Below, one piece after another: positions 22,007-32,975 of a DNA stretch of 34,069 nucleotides (positions are counted from its first letter, which is position 1; each line of letters begins with the position of its first letter). A model generated the notes under the pieces. That model did not search any database and was not told the DNA's origin. It saw nothing but the letters and a program-made list of their open reading frames with translations. A program made the position numbers and the translations under genes. This DNA comes from Chiloscyllium plagiosum. Taxonomy: Eukaryota. Where the stretch lies: assembly GCF_004010195.1 (NCBI RefSeq), contig NC_057755.1:4928316-4962384 (forward strand), written 5' to 3'.

Positions 22007-22792
22007 ACGCTGAAAGTGAAGCCTTATCCCAATGCAGGTAGGGAGTTCAGCTGGGAACTTATGGACTTGCCAGTGCAGCACAATCCAAAGGAATTGTCCA
22101 GGGATTGGAATTTTCTACTGGTTAACTCCTCTCAGATTGGAACCCTCTGTAAGTCTCCAAAAAATCATATCCTTCAAAGGGATCTGATGAAACTAAATAA
22201 CACAGTAATTCAGAAAATATTTGTCGATTAAGTACGTGGTCTTACTCCTGAGTACCAATTCAACAGATTGCATATTAATCTCACAATGATCCCACGATGA
22301 CCAGTTTCAATGTGAGGAATTGTGACAGGGGATTACATGACAGTATCAGAACCACACTTGAAACCTTTATTTATGCAGTGACATTGTCTAGGTTCAGCGT
22401 GAAGTTCCATAACGCAGTAAAAAATCTCGCTCGATCGGTTATATCCATGAGAACAAATGGCTGAGGTCACTACTTTTAAGCATCATTGTTACAGCTGCCA
22501 AAGGGGTCACACTCCATGAAGTCTCAAGCAGGAATTTCCTGTCATGTGGCGAAGTGTCAAATGAGAACAATGAATGTCTCTTTTGTTGAAAGTGAGACAA
22601 TGTTACCCTCTGCTGGACATCCCACACCACTGCACATGGATTGTTGGTGGGTAAAAATTGTCTGATTCAGTCAGAAAGACACAGAGAGAGCGAGGCCAGC
22701 ACAATCAACACAGATACACCCACACGCACGAACACAAACATGCAGAAGCTCACACAGAGGCAATCATCTGCACACAAACAGGCACATGTGCA

Positions 22793-22829
<37 letters not shown>

Positions 22830-23222
22830 ACACAAATAAACACACAAAAATACAAGGCTGGAGTGGATTTGGTAACAATTGCGCTGAGGTCTCTCAGTCA
22901 GTAAAAACACTCAGGGCAGCAACGCTTGTGATTCCTCTGCAGTGAGGTATGATTTGTCTTGGAGCACCATTCCTGAAATAATAGACATGAAATAGAGTAT
23001 TTCTGCTATAATTGTATACAAGAACCTTGGAGTGAATCGTCTCTTCAGGAGACTATGGTGAATTTTATTACACTTTCTGCAGGTGTGTTGTGATGCAAAT
23101 CGCAAAATCTAAGTGAGAACTGATACAAAATTGCAGTGGATAAAACGACCTCTGGAAATATTCATCTTCCTCTCCTCATGTCTCAGGGACAATATCGCAA
23201 AGGTCAGGCAAAACTGATTTGT
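22007..23222 (+). pseudogene. Probable heavily degraded LINGO-like LRR-Ig-TM gene relic (partial copy about 18645-19150)
   Basis: Ordered frameshifted segments: WLTPLRL..SFKG/LMKL; NRLHINLTMIP (LRRs); KWLRSLL..AKGVTLHEVS..FLSC (LRRCT-like); NVSFVE/*DNVTLC/AGHPTP/TW (Ig); FGNNCAEVSQSVK (Ig G strand); IIDMK*SISAII..TMVNFITL (juxtamembrane/TM); KV-AKLI (C-terminus). Confidence 0.5.
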
Positions 23223-24306
23223 GTTTCCAAATAAATTCTTTGAAGAACGGAACAAACATGCAATGTGAGAGATTCACACAGCTTGATCGTTTCTCTGAGC
23301 AAAATCTGCTTTTGCAGTGGCGTGGGGAGTCCAGTTGAGGATGGCATTATATCACTGAAAACAGAGGGACAGCCAGATGGAGAGAGAGAGAAAGTCTGAA
23401 ACTTCGATTAACAACATGTTAATTAATTTATTCAAATCTCCATTGGAAAAAAAGAAATTCCCATTGCAGGTAGAGATGGGCACACACATACACGCGCACA
23501 CATGCAAATAGGCATATACAAGTACAGAGAGACAGAGACACACAAACGTATAAAGGACACATCATCATCAGCATCAAATTACCACCTTAAACACAGTAGT
23601 GACACAGATAGAGGGGTTTTAACCTCAGTTCAACGGCTTCACTTCCAAAACAACAGAGACGCGACTGCACAGACATACAGTCACAGAGATACACACGGAA
23701 ATATAAACGTACTAGCATATTAACACACTGAAGGCACAAACATGTAGATGGTGTCAGAAGTCACATGTTGTAGTTCAACAGTTTTATTTGGAAGCTTGTG
23801 ATTTCAAATAAATTTGTTGGACTCTGACCTGGTTTAATGCGACTTCTGATCTTGTCCACCTCAGTCCAACACCGGCACAGACACAGAGATAGAATGTGAT
23901 ACATATACACAAGCAAAGAAATGCACTGTAATAGACACACTTATATACACTGAAACACGCACATGCACCTCTGTCATGCACACAAATTCATCAACAGAAA
24001 CATGCAGATAGATACAGAGGGAGATACACATATGCGCAGACACAGACACTCACATATACAGAGAGATGTCCAGAGATGGATGCATAAACAGAGAGAGAAA
24101 AACAGGCGGACACAGAGACACCCACACACAAAAGCAACACACAGAGACACACACACATATATGCACTCACAATCACATGTACACGCACACAGATACTCAG
24201 ACATGTACTCACAGACACTCAGAGGCACACATGCGTGTAGAAACACACTGTCATACATGTACAAACACACAGGTATTGCCAATGACAGCCAATGTGAAGA
24301 GTCTAA

Positions 24307-25145
24307 TAGAATGACACTAATGTCGGTGGAGTAGTGGATAGTGCTGAAGGATGTTGCAGGTTACAGAGGAACATGGATAAGCTTCAGAGCTGGGCTGAGA
24401 GGTAGAAATTGGAGATTAATACGTAAAAGTGTGAGATAATTCACTTTCGAAAGAGTAACAGGAGCACAGATAACTGGGCTAATAGTTATATTCTTGAAGT
24501 GTGAATGAGCAGAGAGATATCGATTCCATGTATATTGATGCCTGAAAGTTGACACACAGATTGACGGGGTTGGTAAGAAGGCTTACAGTGTGGTAGCTTT
24601 TATCGGTACAGGGATTGAGTTTCGGAGCCATGAGGTCATATTGCAGCTGTACAAAACTCTGGTGCGGTCGCACTTGGAATATTGCGTGCAGTTCTGTTCG
24701 CTGCATGATAAGAAGGATATAGAAGCATTAGAAAGTGTGCAGAGGGGATTTACCATGGTGTTTTCGTTAGAGAGAAGGGGTTTGAGAGGAGCCCTAATAG
24801 AGAGATACAAGATAATCAGAGAATTAGAAAGGATGGACAGTGAGAGCCTTTTTCCTCGAATGGTGACGGCTGGCATGAGAACACATGGTGTTAAATTGAG
24901 GAGTGATGTTTGTAGGAAAGATATCGGAGGTAGGTTATTTACACAGAGATTAGTAAGGACATGTAATGCCCTGCCTGCAGTAGTGGCAGACTTGCCAATT
25001 TTAAGGGCATGTAAATGATCATTAGATAAACATTTGAGTGATAATGGAATAGTGTAGGTTAAGTGGGCTTGAGATTGTTTTCAAAGGTCGGTGCAACATC
25101 AAGGGTAGAAGCGCCTATACTGCATTGTAATGTTCTCAGTTCCAT
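24307..25145 (+). mobile_element. Degenerate CR1 3' portion
   Basis: ORF 24590-25018 (HLEYCVQF..FTQRLVRTCNALP) followed by a decayed CR1 3' UTR and tail. Confidence 0.88.
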
Positions 25146-25339
25146 GAATTGCTTTTCTTTCCAAAAACTAAATGAGAAATTAGTAGATTTTTTTTAGGAA
25201 TATGTACGTTTGCTGGAAAAGTTTGCTTAATCTCAGATTGTGAGTTGTGCCATTAAAACAATTTGTGAAGGAACCAAGCAAAAGTTGTCTTGTGAGTAGA
25301 ATGCGAGACTGCCTTTTTGGGGATGAAGGGAAGTTGAAT

Positions 25340-25732
25340 CAAAGGGCCAATGTCGCCATCCGTGAGCTTTCCAGTGTTTTCAAATGGCAGTTCATGCTGT
25401 TGACTTGGGACTGAGTGCTGTCATGTTTCAGGTTGATGAATCAGAGATAGAGAAGTCCATAGTGTTCGACTCTTAGCAAGAATGCACATCATAGGAAAAT
25501 ATTTCCCGGAGAAATAGAAGATTTAGGATTGCCGTTGGCTCTTCAACACCATGAAGTCTAAACCCAACTGGGAACAATAAAATGCGAAGTTACACTGAAC
25601 AGAATCCACTGGCCTTCATTGAAAACTTTCCAGCAAAAAATGCAAGACAATTCAGTTGGATCCATTCAATATAAAGATCATGCACCTTATTGGAACACGT
25701 AATGTAATGGCCAATGTATTGTCTCATGTGTC
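25340..25732 (+). mobile_element. Gypsy/Ty3 LTR-retrotransposon RNase H remnant
   Basis: Broken translation AVHAVDLGLSAVMFQ..EKSIVFDS..RKY..LALQHHEV..YTEQNPLAFI..KNARQFSW..PFNIKIMHLIGTRNVMANVLSH. This matches the Gypsy DAS..GAVL.Q / TDHNPL / G..NVxADALSR pattern. Confidence 0.72.
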
Positions 25733-26539
25733 AAATTCTGAAATAAACGAAAGATATAAGGAATCCTGATTGTTAAACATTGTCAGATGGTAGAAAGAAT
25801 AAATAGATTATAGTCTGATGTTTTATTTTTGTACATCATATACTTTGTACACAAATGCTTTTTGAATGGCATTTCAGTTTTATAAGGGCTGAATCATATG
25901 AAAAGCATTCTTTTCGACAGCTGGAATTTAATTGTTGACTGAAATAAGAAGAGACCTACTTCAAAACCAGAGGTCTAGTGGCGGATTGATGCATGATTTG
26001 GAACCAATTCACATGTCAGTGAGAGTGACCCAATGGCTGAAGTGTTTGCAGATGAACAGAGGTACTTACAGATAGAGCCTTGGTTAAGAACAAGTAGTTG
26101 CTTGGTTTGTAAACCACCGACAGATTATCAATACCAAAGGCCTTCTCACTGCCTGTAGTGACGTGATTGTTTCTCAGACAGCTGAACCACTTGGGGCTCT
26201 GAATTAAATCCAGAGAAGCCTCAGACCTCCGCCTGATAGGCGGTCTCTCTCTGTTCCCTGCAGTAAAAATTCCTTTTAGCCAGAAGAAACCTGGTTGCGT
26301 TTTCCTTCTGCAGTTCATGTGAGCTCAGCCGTTTAATGGGGATGACAGAGAATATTTCTAGCTGTGAATCAGTCTTCGTTCCTTTTGTAAATCAATAAGA
26401 GCGTTGAGAGAAGATAGACTGTGAAACAACATTTTGACCTGAAGAGAATCAATACAATTAAATCATTTTCATTGTGAAGAGGAATTGGGACTTCCTTCTT
26501 AGTTCTTCCCGCCATCTACAACATTCTTTCTTTTTATCT

Positions 26540-26760
26540 CGTCTGTGTGTGCGTGTGTGTGTGTGTGTGCATGCATGTGCGTGTCTATGTGTGTATATCT
26601 GTTTGCATGTGCTTGTGTGTGTATATGTGTGTGTGCCTCTATTTGCACGTGCGTGTCTGCGTGTGAGAGTATATGCATGTGTGTGTGCTTGTGTGTGTGT
26701 GTCAGTTTACATGTGCAAGTGTGCATTTGAGTGTGTCGGTGTATGTGGAAGACTGTGACT
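26540..26760. repeat. Degenerate (TG)n tract
   Basis: Direct inspection. Confidence 0.9.
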
Positions 26761-27194
26761 CGAAGGGAATTGCACATTTAATTTATTGGGTATAGACTGA
26801 TGACCAATAAAAGTTTGGCTGTTGCTGGAGTCTAATGCTGAACATAAATAGGCGGTTCCACGCAGTGCAGATGACTGATCAATACTTTCTGTTAACCTTC
26901 GTCGAAGATAATTGTAATTCTATCTACATTTTTTTAATCAAAAACATTTGTAATAACTGCATGAAGAGTTCGTAATGATTTCCAGTGCTCAGCCCCATAT
27001 CGCCTTCTAAATTACCTTGGAAACATTGAGACACAGGCTTCTAAAGAAACTAGACCGGACTGCAAGGACGGTTTTCCTTCATTCTATTGTATTAAGAAGC
27101 TTATTAAATATGGATTTCTATAAAATGATTAAAAATTGAGTTCGGATTGTCATGTCACAATTATTTAAATTCTGTTTTATTGTATTCATTCATT

Positions 27195-28410
27195 TCTTTT
27201 TAATCCAAAAATACATTTTATGAATTAAAAAAAATCTTTATATATGAATAATCACAAAGGCAATACAGTTCTGTCCAATAGCACAACAAGAAAACTAACC
27301 AAACGAACAAAGACACATCTTAGACAAGAAAAAAATTAAATAGACTTGGGACACTGGAAGCTTTCGATAATTGAACAGAGGTTCATAGTGCATTAGTTGA
27401 AACAACTTAAATTGTGATCTTTTCCCACTGCACTTTGGAGGCAACTGCCCTAAGATTGAATGTATCCCGGAGCACATAACCCTGGCCCTTTGAATGGGTC
27501 AGTCTGCAGCACTCGGCCGGTGTCAACCAATTGTTCTGGAAGACCACATGTTTCGGTTAGACCAAACAGTGTCTATCACAGGATAAATTGTCCTCCAAGT
27601 GCAGTCAATGTTTTTCTTTGTGTGCATCCCAGGGAACAGGATCCTGAAGCACAGAGTCCTGTGTCATGGAGCTGCTCGCGAAGAACCACGATACAAACCA
27701 TTGCATTTTCCCCCAGATTTCGTTTGCAAAGATATATTGCAGAAGGAAGTGTGTGACAGCCTGTATCAACATGCAGACATGTCGTTGGCAGTGTGTGCCG
27801 ACAGGGCATATGGAAGGACCTCACAGGGACTTCACTTCTCACCAACAGCCAAGTGGAGCATTGGCACTTGTTGGAATGTTTTGGAGATGAGGCGTTCTTC
27901 CAAATGCCTTTTACAGCCTGCACAGGGAACCATGCAGACGGCCCACCCTCTCCTTTTCCCGCAGCGTCTCGAGAACACTACGAGATTACCACTTCCTGAC
28001 GGACTGTGTCCAAAGGTGCCTTTTCTTTGCAAATTTCTCGATGCAGGACAGATGATACAGAACGGTCTAATTACACGGAGAGTCCAACTGGATCAAGGCC
28101 TGCTCCATCCTTTACAACACCGGAGATAATTAGATCTTCAGTACATAATGCCGCTTGGAGATTGTGTACCAAATGTCCATGCTGACCTTGACTCAGCCAC
28201 ACAAAAAGGTGTCCATAAGGATGAAGGTAGAGCCAGGTTTGGTCTTCCCACCGCCTTATTCAGATTTATGTTCATGAAGTCCTAGCAGACACTGTCTATC
28301 TTCGACATCCAAATGAATTGGAAGATGATTCGGGTAACTGCAACAGTGCAGGTCCATGGAATTTGTCAGAATGGCACCACTTAAAACAACAGAGAGAGTG
28401 CCGAAGCATA
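27195..28410 (-). mobile_element. Tx1/L1-clade LINE 3' remnant
   Basis: Related to 14780-15692 (shared TTGTTCTGGAAGACCA, TTTxCCACTGCAC and GACTGTGxxCAAAGGTG blocks). The reverse strand gives IPWTCTVAVTRIIFQFIW, WKNASSP and TVTHFLLQ; A-rich tail at about 27200. Confidence 0.7.
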
Positions 28411-28689
28411 TGGGGAATGGGCACACAACATCAGTTGTGACCCCTCATTCTGGAGACCTCCATAATCAGTGACATCCGTCTTTCATTGATCCTGTTTGGT
28501 TCTCTTCGAGATTAATATGGTCTTGGATAATTAGTTGTATTGTCGTTGGATGTCTGAGCAGAGCTGGAAGTTAAATACAGATAACTACCCCAGAACTGCA
28601 TTAATCCCGATTTGGAATTCTTTCTAGCACGCCTTTAATTTTCTCACTTTAAACATTCAAATTACATCAGTGACACACCAATCCCCCCT

Positions 28690-29105
28690 TAGGAACCGTC
28701 CTATGAAGTGGCATTGAGGAGTCTCGCCTACAGTCTCAGGATTTCAAAGAATGAGAGGAGATCATATTGAGGAATATCAGGTTATGAAGGGTATTGGCGA
28801 AGTAGACACACAGAGTATGTATGCTCATGTGGGCCAATCGAGAATGCGAGTTCACTGATTGTTGATAAGGGTTAAGCAGATTTAAACCAGAGATGCAGAG
28901 GAAATATTCCTCTCAAAAGGATCATGCATCTGCAGAACTCACTCGCTCAGGGATTGGTGGATGCAAGGACATTGAGTAAATTTAAAGGGAACATGGACAG
29001 GTATTTGATCAACAATGGCTTGAGGGGCTACAGAGCGGACAGGAACGTGGAGTTCTGTTTAACTTCAGATTAATTGTGATTGTAAGGGCTGGTGCAGCAG
29101 GCTGA
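28690..29105 (+). mobile_element. Old CR1-type 3' end, left piece (continues at about 31578-31630)
   Basis: RMRGDHIEEYQVMKG..KYSSQK..NSL..SKFKGNMDRYL, ending GCAGCAGGCTGAG. The terminal GAGGGGCCGAATGGCCTACTGCTGCTCCT lies beyond CR1 C. Confidence 0.7.
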
Positions 29106-31573
29106 GAGTCATATAGTCATACAGAAGTACAGCATGGAAACAGACCCTTCGGTCCAGTCCGTCCACGCTGACCAGATTTCCCAACCCAATCTAGTCCCAC
29201 CTGCCAGCACCCAACCCATATCCCTCCAAACCCTTCCGATTCACATACCCATCCAAATGCCTCTTAAATATTGCAATTGTACCAGCCTCCACCACATCCT
29301 CTGGCAGCGCATTCCATCATTCCATACACGTACCACCCTCTGCATGAAAAAGGTGCCTCTTCGGTCTCCTTTATATCTTTCCCCTCCCACCCTAAACCTT
29401 TTCCCTCTAGTTCTGGACTCCCCCACCCCAGGTAAAAGACTTTGCCTATTTATCCTATCCATGCCCCTCATAATTGTGTAAAACTCTATAAGGTCACCCC
29501 TCAGCCTCCGACGCTCCAGACAAAACAGACCCAGCTGTTCAGCCTCGCCTTGTAGCTCAGATTCTCCAACCCTGGCAACATCCTTGTAAATCTTTTCTGA
29601 ACCCTTTCAGGTTTCACAACATCATTCCGATAAGAAGGAGACCAAAATTCCAAAAGTGGCCGAACCAATGTCCTGTACAGCTGCAACAAGACCTCTGAAC
29701 TCCTGAACTCAATACTCTGACCAATAAAGGAAAGCATACCAAACACCTTCTTCACTATCCTATGTACCTGCGACTCCACTTTCAAGGAGCTATGAACCAA
29801 CACTCCAAGGTCTCTTTGTTCAACAACACTCCCTAGGACCTTACCATTAAATGTCGAAGTCCTGCTAAAATTTGCTTTCCCAAAATGCAGCACCTCGCAT
29901 TTATCTGAAAAAAACTCCACCTGCCACTTCTCAACCCATTGGCCCAACTGGTCCAGATCCTGTTGTAATCTGAGTTAACTCTCATCGCTGTCCACTGCAC
30001 CTCCAATTTCGGTGTCATCTGCAAACTTACTAATTGTACCTCTTATGTTCGCATCCAAATTATTTATGGAAATGATAAAACGTAGATGGCGCCGCACGGA
30101 TCCTTGTGGCACTCCACTGGTCATAGGCCTCTAGTCTGAAAAAAACAACTGTCCACCACCACCTTTGAGCCAGTCCTGTATCCAAATGGCTAGTTCTCCC
30201 TTTATTCCATGAGATCCAAACTTTCTAACCAGTCTCCCTTGTCGAACGCCTTACTGAAGTACATATAGATCACATCTACTGCTCTGCCCTCATCAATCTT
30301 CTTTATTACTTCTTCAAAAAACTCAATCAAGTTTGTAAGACATGATTTCCCATGCACAAAGCCATATTGACGATCCTGAATCAGTCCTTGCCTTTCCAAA
30401 TGCATGTACATCCTATCCCTCAGGATTCCCTCCAACAACTTGCCCACCACCGAGGTCAGGCTCACCGGTCTATAGTTCGCTGGCTTTTCTTTACCGCCTT
30501 TCTTAAACAGTACCACCACGTTTGCCAACTGGCACCTCACCTTGGACTATCGATGATTCAAATATCTCAGCAAGAGGCCCAGAAATCACTTCTCTTGCTT
30601 CCCTCGGAGTTCTCGGGTACACCTGATCAGGTCCCGGGGTTTTATCTACCTTTGACCGTTTCAAGACATCCAGCACTTCCTCGTCTGTAATCTGAACATT
30701 TTTTAAGATGTCACCATCTATTTCCCTGCAGCCTATATCTTCCATATCCTTTTCCACAGTAAATACTGATGCAAAATATTCATTTAGCATCTCCCTCATT
30801 TTCTGTGGCTCCACACAAAGGCCGCCTTGCTGATCTTTGAGGAGCAAGTTTTGCACCTTCTCGAGTACGTACATCCACTGAATCCTGAGGGGCCGAATGG
30901 CCTACTGCTGCTCCTAGCTCTGATATTATTGTGTATCACAAACCTTCACAAACGTTCTGCCTTGCTGATCTTTGAGGAGCCCTATTCTCTCCCTAGTTAC
31001 CCTTTTATCCTTAATATAATTGTAAAAGCCCTTTGGATTGTCCTTAATTCTATTTACCAAAGCTATCACATGTCTCTGTTTTGCCCTCCTGATTTCCCTC
31101 TTAAATATACTCCTACTTTCTTTATACTCTTCTAAGGATTCACTCGATCTATCCTGTCTATACCTGACATATGCTTCCTTCTTTTTCTTAACCAAACCCT
31201 CAATTTATTTAGTCATCCAGCATTCCCTATACCTATCAGCCTTCCCTTTCACCCTGACAGGAATATACTTTCTCTGGATTCTTCCTATCAAATTTCTGAA
31301 GGCTTCCCATTTTCCAGCCGTCCCTTTACCTGTGAACATCTGCCTCCAATCAGCTCTCAAAAGTTCTTGTGTAATACCATCAAAATTGGCCTTTCTCCAA
31401 TTTCGAACTTCAACTTTCAGATCTGGTTTATCCTTTTCCATCGCTATTTTAAAACAAAGAGAATTATAGTCGCTGCCCCCAAAGTGCTCCACCACTGACA
31501 CCTCAGTCACTTGCCCTGCCTTATTTCCCAAGAGTCAGTCAAGTTTTGCACCTTCTCGAGTACGTACATCCAC
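29106..31573 (-). mobile_element. CR1 LINE 'C' (same family as B), 5'-truncated in the endonuclease
   Basis: 3' end is the reverse complement of B's (GAAGGGTCTGTTTCCATGCTGTAC plus GACT[C/A]TAT tail). ORF2 pieces REGAKLD, SDYN, PGPDQVYPR, NYRPVSLTS, FSKAFDK, KFADDTEI. Confidence 0.93.
30846..30958 (+). other. Templated insertion copied from 31541-31648, flanked by a 22-bp direct repeat
   Basis: 30845-30953 equals 31540-31648 except one C/T difference. GCCTTGCTGATCTTTGAGGAGC occurs at 30824-30845 and 30959-30980. Confidence 0.92.
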
Positions 31574-31699
31574 TGAATCTTGAGGGGCCGAATGGCCTAC
31601 TGCTGCTCCTAGCTCTGATATTATTGTGTATCACAAACCTTCACAAACCTTGCAAAAATTATTGTGTTCTCTTCCGGAGTCAATCGAGTCTTGGAAGAT

Positions 31700-31893
31700 C
31701 GAGAGTGAGGTGTTCGAAAAAGGCAGCAGCTCAGGCAGAATCCGAGCAGCATGAGAATCAACGTTCCAGGCAAGAGCTCTTCATTAGGAATATACCCGAA
31801 ACGGCGCCTCTCCATCTCCTCGGATGCTGCCTGATCCTTTCCAGCAACACACCATCAACTCTAATCTCCAGAATCTGTAGTCCTCACTTTTTC
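31700..31893. mobile_element. Degenerate inverted Penelope-like pLTR hairpin (family of 4472-4649)
   Basis: CAGGCAGAATCCGAG arm versus CTCGGATGCTGCCTG arm; ends CTCCAGAATCTGTAGTCCTCACTTTT, the reverse complement of the start of the 4472 element. Confidence 0.65.
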
Positions 31894-32780
31894 CTGGAGT
31901 CTTGGAAGGTGACCATCAATGCATCCATTACTCTTTGGGCTACGTTTTTAAATAATCTGGGAGGCCAGTAATAGGGCTTCAGGGATTTATCTGCCTTAAA
32001 TCTCATCAGTTTGACCAGCACCATTTTCTCAATCACCCTGATGTCATTCTCACTCGCCCTGATGTACTTCACTCACTCTTTAGAGCAGAGAATGTCGAAG
32101 AAAGCCTGGGTGTTGTCTTCTCATATTATGAGAAGCATGGTAAGGTGGATTGAAAGCATCTGTTCCTTCACTGAAGGATAGTAACAAGCAGGGATGAATT
32201 TAAAGTGAAGGGCAGGAGGTTTAAAGGAGATTTGAGGGAATATTTTCTCTCAAATCTTAGTGGGGGTCTTAGTGCACTGTGTATGAGGTTAGTGGAGACA
32301 TAAACCCTCACAAGCTTTACAGGCATTTGGGTAAGCACTCGAAATGTTATGTCATTCAAGGCTATGGACCAAATGCTGGAATGTGGGACTTGTGTAGGTA
32401 GAGGGTAATTTGTTTTCTGGGTCGAGCTCGATGCACTGGAGGGCCGCTATCTTTTTTCTCTCATTGGAATTTGTCCCCCAATATTATCTGAGCTTTATTT
32501 GTGTCCTCCTTTGTGAAGACCCATGTTAAGTATGCATTTAATTTTCTTCCCCATTATTTGCATTTGAATATGTAAGGGACGACCATTTGACTTCATTAAT
32601 TCTTTTTTCTTTACACGCCAAAGAAATATTTAATACACAGTTGTTTTTGTTCTCTGCAAGCTTGACTCTCTCCCACTTAATCAATCCCTTGCTTCTCCCT
32701 TGCTAAAACCTAAACTGCTTCTTAAGTCTGCTTTTTTTTTAATTTTTAAGCAATACGTATGCTTGTTGCTTGAATCTGAA
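31894..32780. mobile_element. Mixed old CR1 fragments (both strands)
   Basis: Minus strand KADKSLKP..PRLFKNVA..TFQDS (31894-32030); plus strand HEFKVKGRRFKGDLR-like 3' end (about 32190-32450). The remainder is only tentatively CR1. Confidence 0.55.
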
Positions 32781-32826
32781 GCAAACACATGTTACACATG
32801 TCACATTCCTACAGACCACGCGCTGG

Positions 32827-32833
32827 TATAAAT
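32827..32833 (+). promoter_or_regulatory. TATA box upstream of the third GPCR exon 1
   Basis: TATAAAT begins 82 nt before the ATG at 32909, a spacing similar to the TATA-like motif of the intact gene. Confidence 0.5.
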
Positions 32834-32908
32834 CCCAGGCCGCATTAATTTTTTACCTCAATTTTAATAGATTCGGTTGTGACACCACAGACCAGTTCAC
32901 GTAGAAAA

Positions 32909-32975
32909 ATGCTTGACGTATTCCAAAGTATTTCTAAAATAGTGTACGCAACCATTGCCATCGTTGATGTTCCTG
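32909..32975 (+). CDS. Exon 1 of a further GPR139/142-like paralogue (MLDVFQSISKIVYATIAIVDVP; exon 2 outside the window)
   Basis: Exactly 67 nt (22 codons + G), like exon 1 at 3374-3440. Aligned IVYATIAIVDVP versus IVFYTILAFIGIP; consensus donor CCTG|GTAAGT. Whether the gene is functional cannot be judged here. Confidence 0.8.

Larger units (their letters stand above)
17795..24960. repeat. Tandem duplication: copy A 17795-20886, copy B 21169-24960, separated by a CR1 3' fragment
   Basis: Near-identical sequence with paired ORFs (18551/21914, 19428/23502, 19889/23963, 20516/24590). Copy B has an extra 710 bp at 22503-23212. Confidence 0.95.
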
